A stretch of 64,000 bases of DNA. It comes from Podarcis erhardii (taxonomy: Eukaryota). The notes beneath the pieces were generated by a model. It was given only the letters and a program-made list of their open reading frames with translations. It ran no database searches and was not told the origin of the DNA. The DNA is taken from NCBI GenBank assembly GCA_964252035.1, contig OZ176200.1, one strand, 5' to 3'. Made by a program: the position numbers and the translations under genes. This document shows positions 23,126-36,838 of this stretch, in pieces; positions within the stretch are counted from its first letter, which is position 1, and every line of letters starts with the position of its first letter.

Positions 23126-24384
23126 CCTTTCTTCTTCTTCTTTTTAAATACTGTTTTTATTTATTTTCATGGTACAGATGATACCTTTTGAGACAACAAT
23201 TGTTACAACAGTAAACAACAAGCAACTTTTCCTGATAAAATTACAGACTTTTATCATGCCATGTGTTAAAGTTTCGTTGGATTACTCTAAGAGATCATGC
23301 CACATTTCCCCATTACATTCCTAATGCCTTTGGGGAAAAATAGATAAATAAATAAACAGAATTCTGGACCAGATGCACCTTTGGCCTCTTTTGCAGAAAG
23401 ACAATTACATGCCTAAGTTTGCAGCCTAAAGTTAAGTCCAATTGATTTCAGTGTGAAAAGTAGGGGATTATTGTTAAGATATGTACTGATAAATAAAAAT
23501 AAAACATATCTCATATGCAATTTTAACAAGTTCTGAGAGTACAATCCTACATATGACTAGAAAGAAGTACGTTCCATTTAATTCAGTGGCCCTTACTCCC
23601 AGCTAAATGGGTACAGTATTGTTGCATGCACTTCAATCAAAGTCATGTGTCTTCCTCTCAATCAGCATAGAACTCCAAGTGTAATTTATGGTGTCATGGG
23701 TAAGAAGGCAATGAGACTGCAATTCTATGCACACTTACTTCTGAGTGAACATATAAAAGAACTGACTCTGTTGTGAAGGTCACATCCGTCAAAATCCTTT
23801 GACCTTTTGCCACTGAAATCTACAAGAGCTGGATTATACCTTTCATCTGCTTTCTTGTGGACAAGTGTTAACAACTGGAGTTCTGCTTTTATCACACAGT
23901 TCAAGCTTTTGTGCTTACTTTGTATGGTGTTTTGCACACCTACAACTTGCCTTGTTGGACAGGTTCTGCCATCCATGCTGATACTGCCATTGCTCTGGTG
24001 TGCAATTACCAGGTGTTTGGTGCAATGGTCAGCGAAGCTGCTATAAGGCTTTGTGAATCTGTGCAGGCGAGCCTTGTGGGCCTTCCATAAGAGACTATTC
24101 TAGACCTCCAACAAGGGAAAAAATGGGCTTTGTGACAAAACTGAGTAATGAAATTCAAACCTTCACTTGGAGTCTCCTTGGCCCTCATCTATAGTTGCTC
24201 CTTATAGATATCTTTATGATGAGTGCCTCATATAGCACAAAGAACCAGCACGAAGAACCAATACTTTTGTCTGTTTCCAGCAGATTTTGGAGAGGCTCAC
24301 ATAAAGACGCAAGAAGACCGCAAAGAGAAAAAAATATCCTGGGACTCCAGCTCATCACACGATGAAGATGTGTGTTGCTGTGCA

Positions 24385-24545
24385 AAGATCAAGAGGAGGA
24401 AACTGGAATATTTTGGGCACTTTTGAAGGGGAGATGGAGACCATCTGGGGAAGAGGATGCTGCAAGGAAGAGTGCCAGGACAGAGATAAAAGTGACGGCA
24501 AAGGAAATAGTGGCTTGGAAACATCAAAGAGATGGACTAAATACA
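24385..24545 (+). mobile_element. Degenerate RTE-clade LINE fragment
   Basis: KIKRRKLEYFGHF...LQGRVPGQR...WLGNIKRWT resembles the RTE C-terminal KRKLxYFGH / QGKIxG / WLxNIxxW pattern; contains stops. Confidence 0.5.
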
Positions 24546-27500
24546 CAGTTGAGATGAAAAAGTAATCTTGAACTAGAGCAGGCAAATTCATGATAATGTC
24601 AGGATCCAGCGTCAGGGTTTAGATCAAGGTGGTCAAGCTGGACCTAGGTCAAGAGTCTGGGCACAAAGTCCCATTTCAGAAAACCAGAAATTCAAAAGCA
24701 CCACCAGGAAGCCAAATCAAGTCAGAAAGCAGGTTACTAGAGCCAAGAGCTCATAGCTGGGGCTTCAAAACGGCACCATATTAAATAGCACCAGGCAGCT
24801 GAGCAAAGGCCAAGTCACTGCCTTGTAGCAGGCACTGAAATCAGTCAGCATCAGACCAAGCAACTGCAGGACTGCAAAGGCCTTTACTACAGTTTAAAGA
24901 AACTTTGGGGAATGGGTCTCAAAGGGCCACAGCAAGTTGATCTAAGTTACTAAAATGAGTCTAAAACAAATGACAAATTCTGTAAAAAGTTGACTTCAGA
25001 AACTTGGGTCAAATAATAAATATGGACCTTTAAATTCAACTCAGATCCAAAAGCTTTTGAACTTCAAGACTGTGACATATGGATATTGTAAAATTCAAAA
25101 CGTTAGAGGATTACATTTTGACGTTTTGAACGCACAGAAGCACTGACAGCCAACAGTCTGATGGTCTCAAAACTTTGAAACACAGTGATTCAGAACTTCA
25201 AAACCGTTGGCCAAGAGTGCCAGTCAACAATTGACATGGGAAATCATATACTTAGAGCTGTACTAGCCATTAGGCTAAGTACTATTGTATACTCAAAAGG
25301 AGTAAAATCAGGATGCTTCTGCTATAGAGCATTGGTCTCTGTGAATATCTGTGAGGCAAAAGGGAATCTATTGTGCAACCTGGGCTCATCTCAGAGAAAA
25401 GCAATGTCCATAATAACCACCTCCTGGTATCATATTCACATCTTGGAGACTGGGAAATTGAGCCATGGGAAGGAGCCATATCAGTTTGTAACCGATGTGG
25501 TTCCTCTGAAATTTCAGGATTACCATGCAACATGGAATCAGCTCTCTCTCACACCCTATTCTGGTAATGTATGAATCATCTCTGTGTTTAGGAATTGAGG
25601 GTGTGTTCAGACAGAGAAAGGTGTGAAAGGGGCAAGTGTGGTAGCAGTAAGTAAGGCCCTTGTAACTGTCTTCTGAGGCTTCCTATCACTGTAGCCCTCA
25701 TTAGCCTCCGCATGAACATACCCTGAAGTCATAAGCACATACCATGGAGATGATTTGTCCAACAAAACTGCAAACAGCAGATTACCTCAATTCCCAGCTC
25801 CGTGTGTTGTTGGATTGTTGCTTTTAAATAAGACATCAGCTTATGACATAATGAGTTTGATGAAAAAAAACAACAAACCCCAAAAAAACTTTACACCACA
25901 AAACATTTGCCCCAAAGCAAAATAGGCTGCACCAATCTTCACCATACTTTAAACATGGAACCTTTTAATTGGATCTCGTCTTCTCACTCTCTATATCATT
26001 CTGTCCAATCAGGGACTGCAAAGTCAATGTGGTAACATCACCACACTAGATTTGCCTCCATGAGTCTGTTGCCTTCAGTTTAGAATGATGGCAATGCTTC
26101 CAGCCTTCACTCTGAATTGTTTTTATTATGACACCATGTAGCCAATCAGATTTCATTATGAGATTATGTCACAAAACCAATTAAGAGTGAGCATTACCCC
26201 CATTCTGCTTTAGGGGTGGGACTACAGTGCAGCTCGCTTAAGGTGAACACTTCATCCCTGAATGCATCCCTCTAAAATAATCGACAGGAGATTCAGTTTA
26301 CAAAGGCAAGCATGGATTTGGTAAACCCTTCACTAATTTTAGCTCAGTCTTAAAAAAAAAACCAACAACATCTCTTTAGCTGTAATGCTTATTACATGAA
26401 AGACTATTTTTTATACTCAAGTTAAGCTTTTTTGAGAAAGCACTTCTTTGCTGTTTCTTCAGCATGCTGTGCTATGGATTCTTAATGGTGATATGCGCCA
26501 CTCAATGGATTCTTCCTTATAATTCATGTTTGCTATTTTGTGTGTACCTGATAACTCTGTAGCTGAAGTTGTCTTGGGAGAGCCCTGAGTGGAGAGCTAT
26601 TTCTGGTAGGGAGCAGGAAGCAAGCTCCCTACAGCTGGTCCTTCATGGGCTGAAGGTGGTTTTTTTGCCACAGTCTTCTTATTGGGAGGCAGAAGTTGTA
26701 GCCTCTTAATGGTCTTTGGTTCCCTGGCAGACCACAGAGATCAGAGCTAAACACAGAGGAGCAGGGGCAGGGAAATTTAGCAACCTTAATGACATGGGCA
26801 ATATGGAGTCAATTAGCCCTGACTCTGGGTTGGCAAATGCCAGGAGTGGTATTTTTTCAAGCTTGAAGGCCAAATTCCCTTCTGGACAACTGCTTGAGGA
26901 CAGTGGTGGGCAGAGGCAGAAGGTTTTTTTTAAAGACTTTGTATAGTAGGTTCATGTATAAACACAACTCTCTATCCTCGACCCAGACCAGTAATAGGCA
27001 TTATCAGGACAAGTTCAAGCCAGGTAAATGCTCTAGGGGTGTGAAGCAGGAACACTGAGGTGTGGCCTGGAAAGAGCTCTGAGAGCCAGATAGGGAAGCA
27101 TTTAGATCTGGGCTTGAGGTTCCCCACCCCTGGCATAAGAAATGGGAAATATCACAGTTTTGCTTTTCCATATTCCATTCCTTGGCCTCACTTCCACCTA
27201 TGGGGAAGTGCCTGGAATATTTGCCCACGACATCCCTGTTGAATTTATTTACCTAAACGAAGATTCCCTGGAACTCTTTGTGTGTCCGATTGCTCCTTAA
27301 TGGGGAATGATAGTTTGAAAAGCTGGAAGCAAGAAGAGCAGGGCGGGGAGGGGAATGTCTTAATGCTGATGATACTACGTCAAATAAAACAGAAAAGAAC
27401 AGAGGCAGTAAGGACTGCAGATGGTTAACATTTTTATTTGCCTTCCCTCACTCCCCCTGGAAGTATTGTTTTTATTCTGCTGTTAAATCTTCCCAGACTT

Positions 27501-28021
27501 TAGTTCCTGTTTGATCTGAAGAAGAAAAAGTTGCCACCATCACCGCTTTGGTGAGAGTGGGAGCTGCAGAGACATGGGTAGGATTAAGTAGCAAAGTGTC
27601 CTGTTCCTGTGTAGGGTCATTAATCCATGAAGAGAGAGAGAGAATTTGCAAGACATTTGGAAGGTTTTGTGTTTGCCAGCACTTTTATTTGAAATATGTC
27701 TCTTTTATTTTGTAAATGATGTTCCCACCCAGAGGCCTGACACTGTCAAGTTTGAGAGATTTGGCTTGGCATGAATCGTGTGGCCAGATCATACGGTTTC
27801 AGTTGCTCTGAAAGAACCCAAAAATGCCATTTAGGAATATTAATCGTCTAAGCTGCTCCCAAAGGATTGTGTTGCATAAATAGACACAGGCTGTGATCTG
27901 GGCTACAAAGCTTCGGCAGAGAGACCGTTTCTTCCACCCCCTTCCTACTTCACAGCACCATTAGTTTGTGCTATAGGGTGCTTCAGAGGTACTGCTCCTG
28001 CTTTTCTCTCACTAGAAACAG

Positions 28022-28160
28022 AAGAATCATAGAACTCTAGAGTTGGAAGGGACCTTGAGGATCATCTCTAGTCCAACCCCCTGCAATGCAGGAATTTGCA
28101 GCTGCCCCGTACATGGATAGAACTTTCAACCTTGGCATTATCAACACAACACTCTAACCA
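28022..28160 (-). mobile_element. tRNA-headed SINE with CR1-type 3' end
   Basis: Reverse complement of the 12121-type element; GAATCATAGAA...GAGTTGGAAGGGACC...CTAGTCCAACC. Confidence 0.6.
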
Positions 28161-28362
28161 AATGCATACTTAAATTAGTATGAAAGAATCTCTGTCCCGC
28201 CCCCATATTAACCTTTAGTTTACCAGACTCTGGAGTTCTGATCCTGAACCATTGCAGTACGGTGGCTTCACCCCTTTCCTGCTTTGATGCTCCTGCAACA
28301 TCACAACAGCATCAAACATTGTATCATGTTGCTCTAATTCCTTATGCATAGTAAAGTTAATA

Positions 28363-28604
28363 CAGTGACACCTCGGGTTACATACGCTTCAGGTTACATA
28401 CGCTTCAGGTTACAGACTCTGCTAACCCAGAAATAGTGCTTCAGGTTAAGAAATTTGCTTCAGCATAAGAACAGAAATCATGCAGCGGCAGCGCACCGGC
28501 AGCAGGAGGCCCCATTAGCTAAAGTGGTGCTTCAGATTAAGATCAGTTTCAGGTTAAGTACGGACCTCCGGAACGAATTAAATACTTAACTCGAGGTACC
28601 ACTG
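28363..28604 (+). mobile_element. Tc1/mariner (Tigger-like) MITE, CAGTGGTACCTC family
   Basis: TA-CAGTGACACCTCGGGTTA ... CGAGGTACCACTG-TA; colinear with the 36597 copy. Confidence 0.9.
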
Positions 28605-29799
28605 TATGAGTAGAGCCACTACTCAAGGTTTCGTCAGTGTCTCCTCCAGGTTATCTGTGGCCAGATTGTGTTTCTATTAGCCAAAGCACAGGTTAGTCTC
28701 TGTTCTTCAAATAAATGGCTTATTGTGTGATACATGGTGTTGCATCCAATAACAATGCCTGGAAATGTCTGGGTGGGATAGATGCTCAGGTGTACATAGC
28801 TTGCGCTATGCAGGGATTCCTCCCCACTCCCAGGACAGAGATGCTTGTGAAACTACATGGTAGTGGAGGAAGTGGTTACATCCTCTGTTGCTTATGGTTT
28901 GTCTCGCTTGCTTAAGCCACCTGGAGCTAATTCCTTGAACTAATTCTTTCACGAGCTCCCGTGCTTTCCCCTTATGCTGCACAGTGACAATCTGAATTGA
29001 ATATTGAGGCAGGGCTATTGGGTGGACGGTCCTGTCGCAAAGCAAACACATGAGGCAGGTGAGCTTTTTGATGAACACAGACCCAATAGTTGTGAAGAGG
29101 AGGGAATTTTGTAGGTTTCTTTGATAGCTTATTTATTACACATAAATAAGGAGGTATTGCAGGTTTGGTTCCAGATCCCTGCAATAAAGCGAATATCTGA
29201 ATAAAGCAAGTCACACTTTTTTCTTCTTCTTCTAGTGCATAGAAAAGTTATGTTTACAACATATTGTGGTCAATTAAGTGCACAATAGCATAGTGTTTTT
29301 GTTTTTTTAAAAAAACAATGTGCATGCCTTAATTTAAAAAAGACAAACACTTTATCACTTATAAAATGCTAACCATCTTTGCAGCCTTCAGCAAGACATA
29401 ATTTTTTTGCTGATGAAGGGTCTTCCCTCAATGTTGATGACCACAGACTGATCGGGGGGGGGGTAGTAGCTGATGGCTGGGGGGACTGTGGCAATTTCTT
29501 AAAATAAGACACCTTCGAAGTTTACCACAGTCCTCCTCCAGTCTTCCAACTGCCCCATTTTTAGCAGGACACCCTCAAATTTACAGAAGCATCCCAGCTT
29601 CTTTTTGGATCTAGGAATGTCTTGTTTTCCCCCTCCGGTGCTGCCGCCGCCACCAAGCTTAGGGAAGATGATGAGCAGGGAAGAGTCCGATGTCTATCCC
29701 CCAACGCTGCCATCCTTCCTTGAGCAGCTTGTAGTGACTGTTGTTGAGTGGGTGTCTGTATATCCCACCTCCCCTCCAAGCAGCTCCAGGCAGCACACA

Positions 29800-29900
29800 A
29801 GACCCCCCTCTCATTTTATCCTCAAAATAATCCTGTGAGGTAGGCACAGCTGTGAGAGAGTGTGACAAGCCCAAGGCCACCAGCGAGTGAGCTTCATGTG
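29800..29900 (-). mobile_element. Old MIR/Squam3-like CORE-SINE fragment
   Basis: ATCCTC..AATAATCCTGTGAGGTAGG...GTGAC.AGCCCAAGG.CACC. Confidence 0.5.
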
Positions 29901-32900
29901 CACAGTGTTATGGTGTGAATTCTCACTCATTAGTAGACCCTGCCATATTCAGTAGGGCTTGGCAGTGCCGTTGCTGTTTTTCAACCCCCTGAACAGCAAG
30001 TTGCATCTGCACAAATCCTTTCTGCTTCACAAAGGGCAAAGCAAAGGCATGGTCCCATTTGTTCTTTTCCTTTGGCTCACCCTAACAGCACAGAAGAGAA
30101 TGCTAATGGGCAGTCACCTTGCAGCTGGTCAGAGGAGGCAAGGCAGTGAGTCCTTGTCTGCTTTCTCCTGGGACCAGTAGCCGCTTGGCCCCTTCCTATC
30201 AAAGCCCATCAGTGGACAGCACACTTCCACAACTCGCAGGAGGAGAGAGAAAAAGAGAGAAACATAAGAACCTTAAGTACAGAAGGATCAGTGGTGTGCA
30301 GTGAAAATTTTCATGGGGGAACAGTTAGGGCCAGAGGTGCCAGCTTGCAAGGAAAATGGGGAGGCGAGGCGTTGAATGCTTGAGCATCACACCAGGCATG
30401 GCCTCCCTAAGCCAGGCAAAAGCTTCCCAGGCTTTGGGAAAGAGACGTTAGGCCTCTGACAGGATGCTGCAGCTCCCCTGCCTCCTTCCCAAACACAGCC
30501 GTCTTTCCCATACGGTTTAGTGGTTCATTGCTCCAGGGCGCCAGCCTCTCAGGGGCACCCCAGCCAGTGGGGGAGCTGCGCAACTTTGCCAGCGGCATCC
30601 CCTTTCCCTGCACGCCCGCCAGCTGCGTCCCACAAACCATATGGCTGGTGGGCGTGCAGCTTGCCTCCCAAGCCTCCGTGGGAGGAGAGTGATTCCCACA
30701 GAGGCTTAGGATGGAAGCTGTGGCCCGCCAACTGTATGGCTGGTGGGTGTGCAGCTTCCTTCCCAAGCCTCTGTGGTAATTTGGGGGTGCTGAGCGGATA
30801 TTTGCACCCTGGCACCACATCTGCTAAAGATGGCCCGGTTCCCAAAGTCAGATAGGCTTAGGGAAGGTGGCAGGAGGGCACTGGGACCCCATCAGAGCAC
30901 TGTGCCTCCCTCCCTAAGCAGGTAGAAGCTTCCTGGGTTTTGGGATGGAGGAGCCAGGCTTTAATACTGGGAACATTTAGGGGACTAGCTTAGTGCCTTT
31001 AGTCCACTGACAGCATATAAGGCAATGGCCCATCTGGTCCAGCGTTCTGTTCTCAGTGGCTGACCATATGCCTGTGGGAAGCCCAAAAGCAGTTCCTGAT
31101 TGCAGCAGCACTCTCCCCAACAAATTCTTGGGTCAAGCATCTTGGATTTTTTGCCTTTGAGAAAAAAAGAGGGGCATTTGTTTATGTATTGTATGTGCAT
31201 GTGCCCATTAGATCACATAGCCCATAAACTTAAGGTATATTACAGGTTGAACAATCTTCACATCCCAAGTTAGTTAAAAGGCACATTTGGACACAGAAAT
31301 CATTTGGTACTCAAATCAAGGTACCCTCAGGACAGCCAAAGTAAAAATGGATTGAGGTATATTGTTCTGTACAGGGTTTATTTTTAAAAATGGGAAATTT
31401 GGAAAAATGCCTTGTTTCAATTTATATTCCCTTTGTGATCCATCAAGGAGGATTCATCCCTTATTCAAATGACTAGTCAATATGTTAGTCGGATCAAATG
31501 CCATTAATAAGATACTAAAAATGCTTCTGAGGAACAAGGGGATTTCTTTAACAAGTCATAAAGTGCTTTTTAATCCATTTCTGACTTGTTAAATTCCCAC
31601 AGATTGTTCTATCATGATGCAGTTTCAATGACAGTCGGTGTGAGGGGAGGAAAAAAGAGAAGGGGTTGAGTTTAAAACAAGGACAGCCTGCAGATAACAT
31701 CTTTTCTCTCCCAGACTCCCAAACACTTCGGTCAAACCATTTCAGGTGGAGTGATTTTATTGACCTGGCCCCAGTGCAAGCAAAATACGTTCCCTTTAAA
31801 GTTCCGCAGGGATGTGTTGTGCGACAGTGTGTCTGGTTAACAACTGTGCTGATCTTCCCAAGCCAGGATAGCGGAAGTCCCAGGGATATTCACAGGAATT
31901 GCTTGCACTCTGTCCTCCAAATTTGGCTTGTAACAGTGTCAAGGACTGGAACTCAGCTCTCCCAGAGAATACGAAAGAGGCAGTCCCTATTGGCATCTGA
32001 GGCTGAAAGGGCCAGCTGCTCTTCTGACAGAGGGAGAAATCAGGAGCACCACTTGAAGAACAGAGAGTGGGCACTCCTCTCCATTCCTGTCAATTATGAT
32101 TATGATGGCTGTGATAGCAAAGTGCAACCTCCATAGTTAGGTGCAATATACCTCTAAATGATAGCTGCTAGGCACAAACCAAAGGAAATGGCTGTAGCCT
32201 TCATGCCCTGCATCCAGGGCTTGCTGGATGCTCCTGGCTGACCACTTTTGGCCACAAGATGCCAGACTAGATGAACCTTTATGTGCTCTTCTTACGTTCT
32301 TTGTTTTAGACCACAAGAGATTATTCCTCAGGGCACTTACATCTCTCCAGTTATTATAAGACTAAGCCCTCCCACAAAACATACGCACAACTTTGTTTTG
32401 CTTTTTTTGTGAACAACAGGCTTTGAACCTCTCTGGGAATCTTCTCCACTATTGAAATATTTTCCTCCATCCCACCCACTGCCTCAAAACCTGATTTTAT
32501 TTCACTGGAAGAAAATGAGAAGTAGAATGCAGATGGGATGGTGAAGATTCATACCCTCTTGGTCTTCAAAGTTTGTGCCTGTAGATTGCTTAGCTAAACT
32601 TCCAGCCTTTACAAGAATGTTTAAACTAGAAGTTTCTCAGTATTGTTTCTCTGAATTCCTTCAACTGTATTTTTTTAAAAGTGTGGTGGGTCACTGACTT
32701 GAGATTGAGGATCAACTGGAAGTGTAGTCATACTCCCTGTGCGTGAAAGTTTGGCCTGGGCATTGTGTAGAATTCCTTTTGACATTTTTTATCGGAGTCC
32801 TATAAAGTTGTCTTTGGAACTGGGACAACAGCGGCACAGGTAAACTTCCTCCATTTAAAAAAAGAAAAGAAAAGAAAGGGGGATCTGGGATTTAGTTCAT

Positions 32901-34959
32901 GGGAACCAAGCCTAAGCAGATGTGAAAAGTTCAAATAAAGGAAGGCCAGATTAAATGCACTTTTGTGGTTCAAAAATCAAAACAGATGTTATTATTCAAC
33001 CACAAAAAAATCTACGAACATTTTAAGTACCGTTAGGTGACTGACCATCTGAGATCCTTAGTTCCTACAATAATGAAGTCCTTTTTAAAAGATATAGCAG
33101 CTGAAGGAAATGTATTTTGAATCACAACAAATATTTTTGCACTACTATAATATCATTAATTCCAGGGCTCCGGATACTGGCCTGTAACATATAACCAGGG
33201 ATAACCAGGGAAAAGCTGATACAGAAGAACTCAGGAAGCAGATTAATTATGTATCTTAAGATATGCAAAGCAATGTAGGAAATGACACACCCTCTTTATC
33301 GTCACCCCAAAAGTTTGTTATAAGAAAAAGGTTTAAACAGATAAACAAAAGAGTATGAACTCCCTCTTTTGCCAGTGGTAAAATGAATGCACATTAAGGG
33401 ATGTATGTAATAGAGATGAAACCTTACAGGATTGGAAATCTATTTGATCTATTTTAAAGAGCTCCATTAACTCTTTGTTTGCCTTGATTAGGGCTGAAAG
33501 TTTTACTGCTGAAGGGTAAAGCTCCTGCCTGTAGTGAAATTTGAGGTACCAAATGGTCTCTGTGTTTGGGGAAAATATGTTACCTATGAGCACCATCAGT
33601 TTAAAAAGGTGGCAGCCCTGTCCAAACCCCACACGGTTCTCACAAGGCTTAATCTCAGCTAGGCTTCACCTTACAGCTTATTGTCATTTCCAGGATTCTG
33701 CCTTAGAAGCTGAAGAGCAATAATACAACTTCTCTGGAGCATGTGCAAAGTGCTTTCCTCTCACAGATGAACAACAACAGCCAGCATATGCAGATGTATC
33801 GGGCAGTAATGCTTGCCATGTAAGATAGCATTTATTTCAGGAAGGCAATAAAATACCCTTCTTCTTCTTTTTAAAGAAATTCATTAGAGACCAGTGCTGT
33901 AAACTTTATGGTGTGCCACTATAAAGCAGAGCAGAGCAGAGATTAAGTATGCCAAAATAAAGTTAGCATAATCCCATTCAGACAGTTCAAGGAGGTAAGA
34001 TTAACCCAAGCAGACATTTGGGGAATTCACTTTTTCTCCCATTCAGGGAAATGACTGGATCCTGACGAGTCATTCCAACAGGTGTTCCTGTGCTCTGATA
34101 CTAGTAAATGAATATCTATTACCACATGAGAAATAAATGTTCATTCCTGTCATGGGCTGAGCTCAAATCCCATGAAAAACCAGATCAGCAGATCATCACC
34201 CAATAAATCAGACGTTTGGGTTTACGACAAATGACTCTTATACATGCCTTTCCCCCTCTGAACAACAAATGATTGGCAGTAGGTAGGGTTGCCCTATTTC
34301 AAAAAGTAAAAATCAGGATACCTCAAAAGTTGTTGAGCTTTTGGTATAAAAAACGCCCCAAAAGCAGCAATTTTTTGACTGACTTGCCAAAGATCCAGGA
34401 CAAAGCATCAGAAATCCCCCCCCCCGATTCCGCCTACTGTATGTCAGCTCCATTTTCTTAACAGATGGGACAGAACCTGCAGATGTACTTCCAGATTCCT
34501 GAACTGGCACCTTCTTCATAGGGTATCTGGATAACAGGAATTCCTCCCGACAAACCTGCCAGTGTCATGCTTCCTTGAAGAAAGCCCTCCCTGGTAATCT
34601 TTTGATTTTTTAAAATTGTTTACACTTGTCACATTAATATATGTCCCTGGTGAAGCTACAGAGAACTCTGGTTGTTCTCCCAAACTGTTCACATTTAGCT
34701 AGTAGTTATGCATACTGTTGATGGATAAGGAATTATGTAAGTGACAAGGGATCTTGTTTCCGATCTGGTTGCCTTTCTGAATACCACAAACTTGTCTCCT
34801 GGTTCATTAAATAGCAAGCACAACTATGGAGGACTCAGAGCTTGGGAAGTTCATTTTTTTAAAAAAGAACTCATTCTAGATCAAGTTCATCATATCCAAG
34901 AACAATCCAGTTCACATTTGTCATTTTACAAAATGAACTAGTTTGGTTCATGTTCACTT

Positions 34960-35520
34960 CACAGTTCAATAAATTAATCTGAGTGATCAGGGCTGCCAGG
35001 GGGGTGTGTGTGTCTGTTGGTATCCTTCAGAAATTCTAACCACAGCACACTTCTTTTGACTCTCTATTTTTTGACCAACCCATTCCATTATTTCAGGTCT
35101 TAACAATTTGTAGCACATGTACCTTCCACCCCACCCACTTTTCTTTTTCCTTAATTTGCCCGTTTGATGTATTTTCAACACAGTGTTTCTTTCTTGCATT
35201 AAGTTCACTATTATGGCTATCCTCTTTCCACTGGCTGCCTTTTGTGTCTCTTCCATTCATTTCTGAAAGTAACTTTTGAAGGCTCTCCATAGTTTGTTCC
35301 CTTCTTATCTCCCCTTTTTGATTTCCCATCTAATCTGGACTCCTTCCTCATCTGATTCTTTCTCTTTCCTTTCAGTTAAGTCTAAGAAGATCTGCCATTG
35401 TGTCAAACATCTCTATCCTTCTTTCGTTGGCCTCTTCCTCTACTTGGAATGATTTTCATGAGCACTTCTTTGACTCACTCTGTCTCTTTCATCTTTTAAA
35501 TTAACATCTTTAAAAAGACA
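34960..35520 (-). mobile_element. Possible degenerate L1 ORF1-like relic
   Basis: Strongly purine-rich minus strand with K/E/R-rich broken frames. The resemblance is compositional only. Confidence 0.25.
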
Positions 35521-36596
35521 GTCCCCCCCTCCTAAATCACTATATTTTTATGCACTCTTAATATATCTCATGACTAACTTTGCCCAGGTTAGTGAGCATG
35601 ATCAGAGCATGACAATGCCTGCATTTCCTAAAGTTAACAGTCGTGACCTGAAGAAGTGTGCATGCACACGAAAGCTCATACCTAGAACTAACTCAGTTGG
35701 TCTTTAAGGTGCTACTGGAAGGAATTTTTTTATTTTTTTATTTTGTTTTGACCATGGCAGACCAACACGGCTACCTATCTGTAGTCGTGACCTGAAGTTG
35801 GTGCTGTGCACTCACAAGTCACAGAAGATTGAGAAATGGGGTTGTTTTAGGACCATATGTGGTCAGATGAATGCCTGAACATGGCTATAGTCTCAGCAAG
35901 ATTGTATTAAAATAGAACCATCACTTGTTGGGGAAAGGACAATTTGAAGTTCTCTATTCCCTTTCCAATGATATTCTGCTTGCTGGCAATAATCTGACAG
36001 GGGCTGCACATGTGGAACCCTGGTTTTCTGTTGGCACCTGACTGAGTGCGCCTTCGAGAGTAAAGTCAAACCACTGGAGAATCACAGTGCCTTCTGTGGC
36101 TGCAGAGACAGGTAACTTGTAGCCGTTGCCTCCTGGGTTTATGGAAGGGATTTTCAGCTTGGAAACATAAGCACAGAACAGTCTATTGCACATTTTTTCA
36201 TGGCCATAAAGAAGACAATGGATATTGCCTTGACTATGCAGTTTGGACTACTTCTACTGAAACTAGTGGCGTTCAGGCAAACAACATTCACACATCATGG
36301 GGCAACTGCACTTGTGTGTGGTGGCCAGGCTCCCTTTTGCTGACCTGCATACCAGTTGTGCTCCTGGCAGCCACACATTGGGCACACATCAGATGTGACC
36401 ATATGCATGCACTTATGTACATGTGTAGAGGTTGTCCACCCAAGAGTGGGATCCTAACTCCAACAAGCCCTTCACACATTCTTTAGCATGTACGAGCAGT
36501 TGCTTATAGTGATTGGAGTTTATGAGCTAAGGAATGAGGTGAAGGCTGCAATCTGTATCCCACGCACATTCACCTGAGTGAAGTCAGTGGGTTATA

Positions 36597-36838
36597 CAGT
36601 GGTACCTCGGGTTACATACACTTCAGGTCACATACGCTTCAGGTTACAGACTCTGCTAACCCAGAAATAGTGCTTCAGGTTAAGAACTTTGCTTCAGGAT
36701 GAGAACAGAAATTGTGCTCCAGCAGCACGGCAGCAGCAGGAGGCCCCATTAGCTAAAGTGGTGCTTCAGGTTAAGAACAGTTTCAGGTTAAGTACGGACC
36801 TCCGGAACAAATTAAGTACTTAACCCGAGGTACCACTG
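36597..36838 (+). mobile_element. Tc1/mariner (Tigger-like) MITE, CAGTGGTACCTC family
   Basis: 18-bp perfect TIR CAGTGGTACCTCGGGTTA (21/23 extended); TA TSD at 36595-36596 and 36839-36840. Confidence 0.92.

Noticed and set aside
12210-36838. Four Tc1/mariner MITEs spaced about 8 kb apart (12210, 20458, 28363, 36597), suggesting a tandem duplication or periodic array
   Set aside because: They differ in subfamily and orientation, each has its own TA TSD, and the flanks are unrelated. The copies at 2854 and 49021 break the period, so chance is the likely explanation.
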